Positions 63,901 through 64,000 of a stretch of 64,000 nucleotides of DNA are shown here, in pieces. The stretch is from Sminthopsis crassicaudata (lineage: Eukaryota), in the NCBI RefSeq assembly GCF_048593235.1, contig NC_133619.1:330164454-330228453 (forward strand). Direction: 5' to 3'. Every line of letters starts with the position of its first letter. Position 1 is the first letter of the stretch. Made by a program: the position numbers and the translations under genes. The notes under the pieces were generated by a model that worked only from the letters and a program-made list of their open reading frames with translations, had not been told where the DNA came from and searched no databases.

Positions 63901-64000
63901 ACTGCTCTCTGACTTCTCAGGAAGGCAGAGAGCTCTTAGGGGAGATGGGGAGCTGAACCAGACATTGTCAGCAGGTTCCCTCTGGGCTGAAGGGTCTCAC
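60955..64000 (-). mobile_element. Internally deleted betaretrovirus-like (ERV2, type D-like) provirus, 5' LTR cut by window end
   Basis: 5' LTR 63535->64000, PBS 63515-63532, splice donor GGTAAG ~63400, gag MA remnant from ATG 63361 (EMWEIVGEQQTEY), dUTPase-like ~62370-62575, integrase 61880-62215 (VLWRDPESGEWKGPDRLTAWGRGFAYIS at 61937-62020), env TM remnant 61575-61709, PPT 61397-61412, 3' LTR 60955-61396 with TG...CA termini. Confidence 0.88.
63515..63532 (-). promoter_or_regulatory. Retroviral primer-binding site, tRNA-Lys(1,2) type
   Basis: Minus strand TGGCACCCAACATGGGGC, 2 nt after the LTR end. It equals the MPMV-type TGGCGCCCAACGTGGGGC with two CpG-decay changes. Confidence 0.85.

Noticed and set aside
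36100-64000. Cystatin A (CSTA) exons, the downstream neighbour of CASR in human
   Set aside because: I could not find stefin exons (e.g. QVVAG) on either strand by eye. The gene may lie beyond the window or in a gap, so no synteny break is claimed.

Overview
Mammalian genomic DNA, most likely from an Australian marsupial and probably a dasyurid, judged from WSINE1-, Mar1- and Mar3-type SINEs and marsupial L1/RTE/ERV relics. It has four sized assembly gaps. The first ~36 kb hold the 3' half of the calcium-sensing receptor gene CASR on the + strand: coding exons equivalent to human exons 5 (8417-8647), 6 (25442-25565) and 7 (33818-35298), all with canonical AG/GT boundaries and matching phases, plus a 3' UTR with AATAAA at 36043. 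The rest is repeat-rich intronic and intergenic DNA. The most notable find is a heavily decayed, fragmented but collinear Ty3/Gypsy (sushi/RTL-like) retrotransposon fossil on the minus strand at ~47250-56000, with gag, protease, RT, RNase H, integrase and possibly a chromodomain, split by many younger insertions. Also present: a deleted betaretrovirus-like provirus (60955 to the window end) with a Lys-tRNA PBS, a gamma-type env immunosuppressive-domain remnant, structurally discordant LTRs and an inverted piece of its own integrase inside the 3' LTR; a very young 3 x 470 bp tandem triplication in intron 4; a sense solo LTR just upstream of CASR exon 7 with an in-frame intronic ATG; and an unusual Arg-to-Cys change next to the conserved TM3 disulfide cysteine. 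No rRNA, tRNA or CRISPR features were seen. All protein-family comparisons and repeat family names are from memory and manual translation, not database searches. Human residue numbering is my own alignment.
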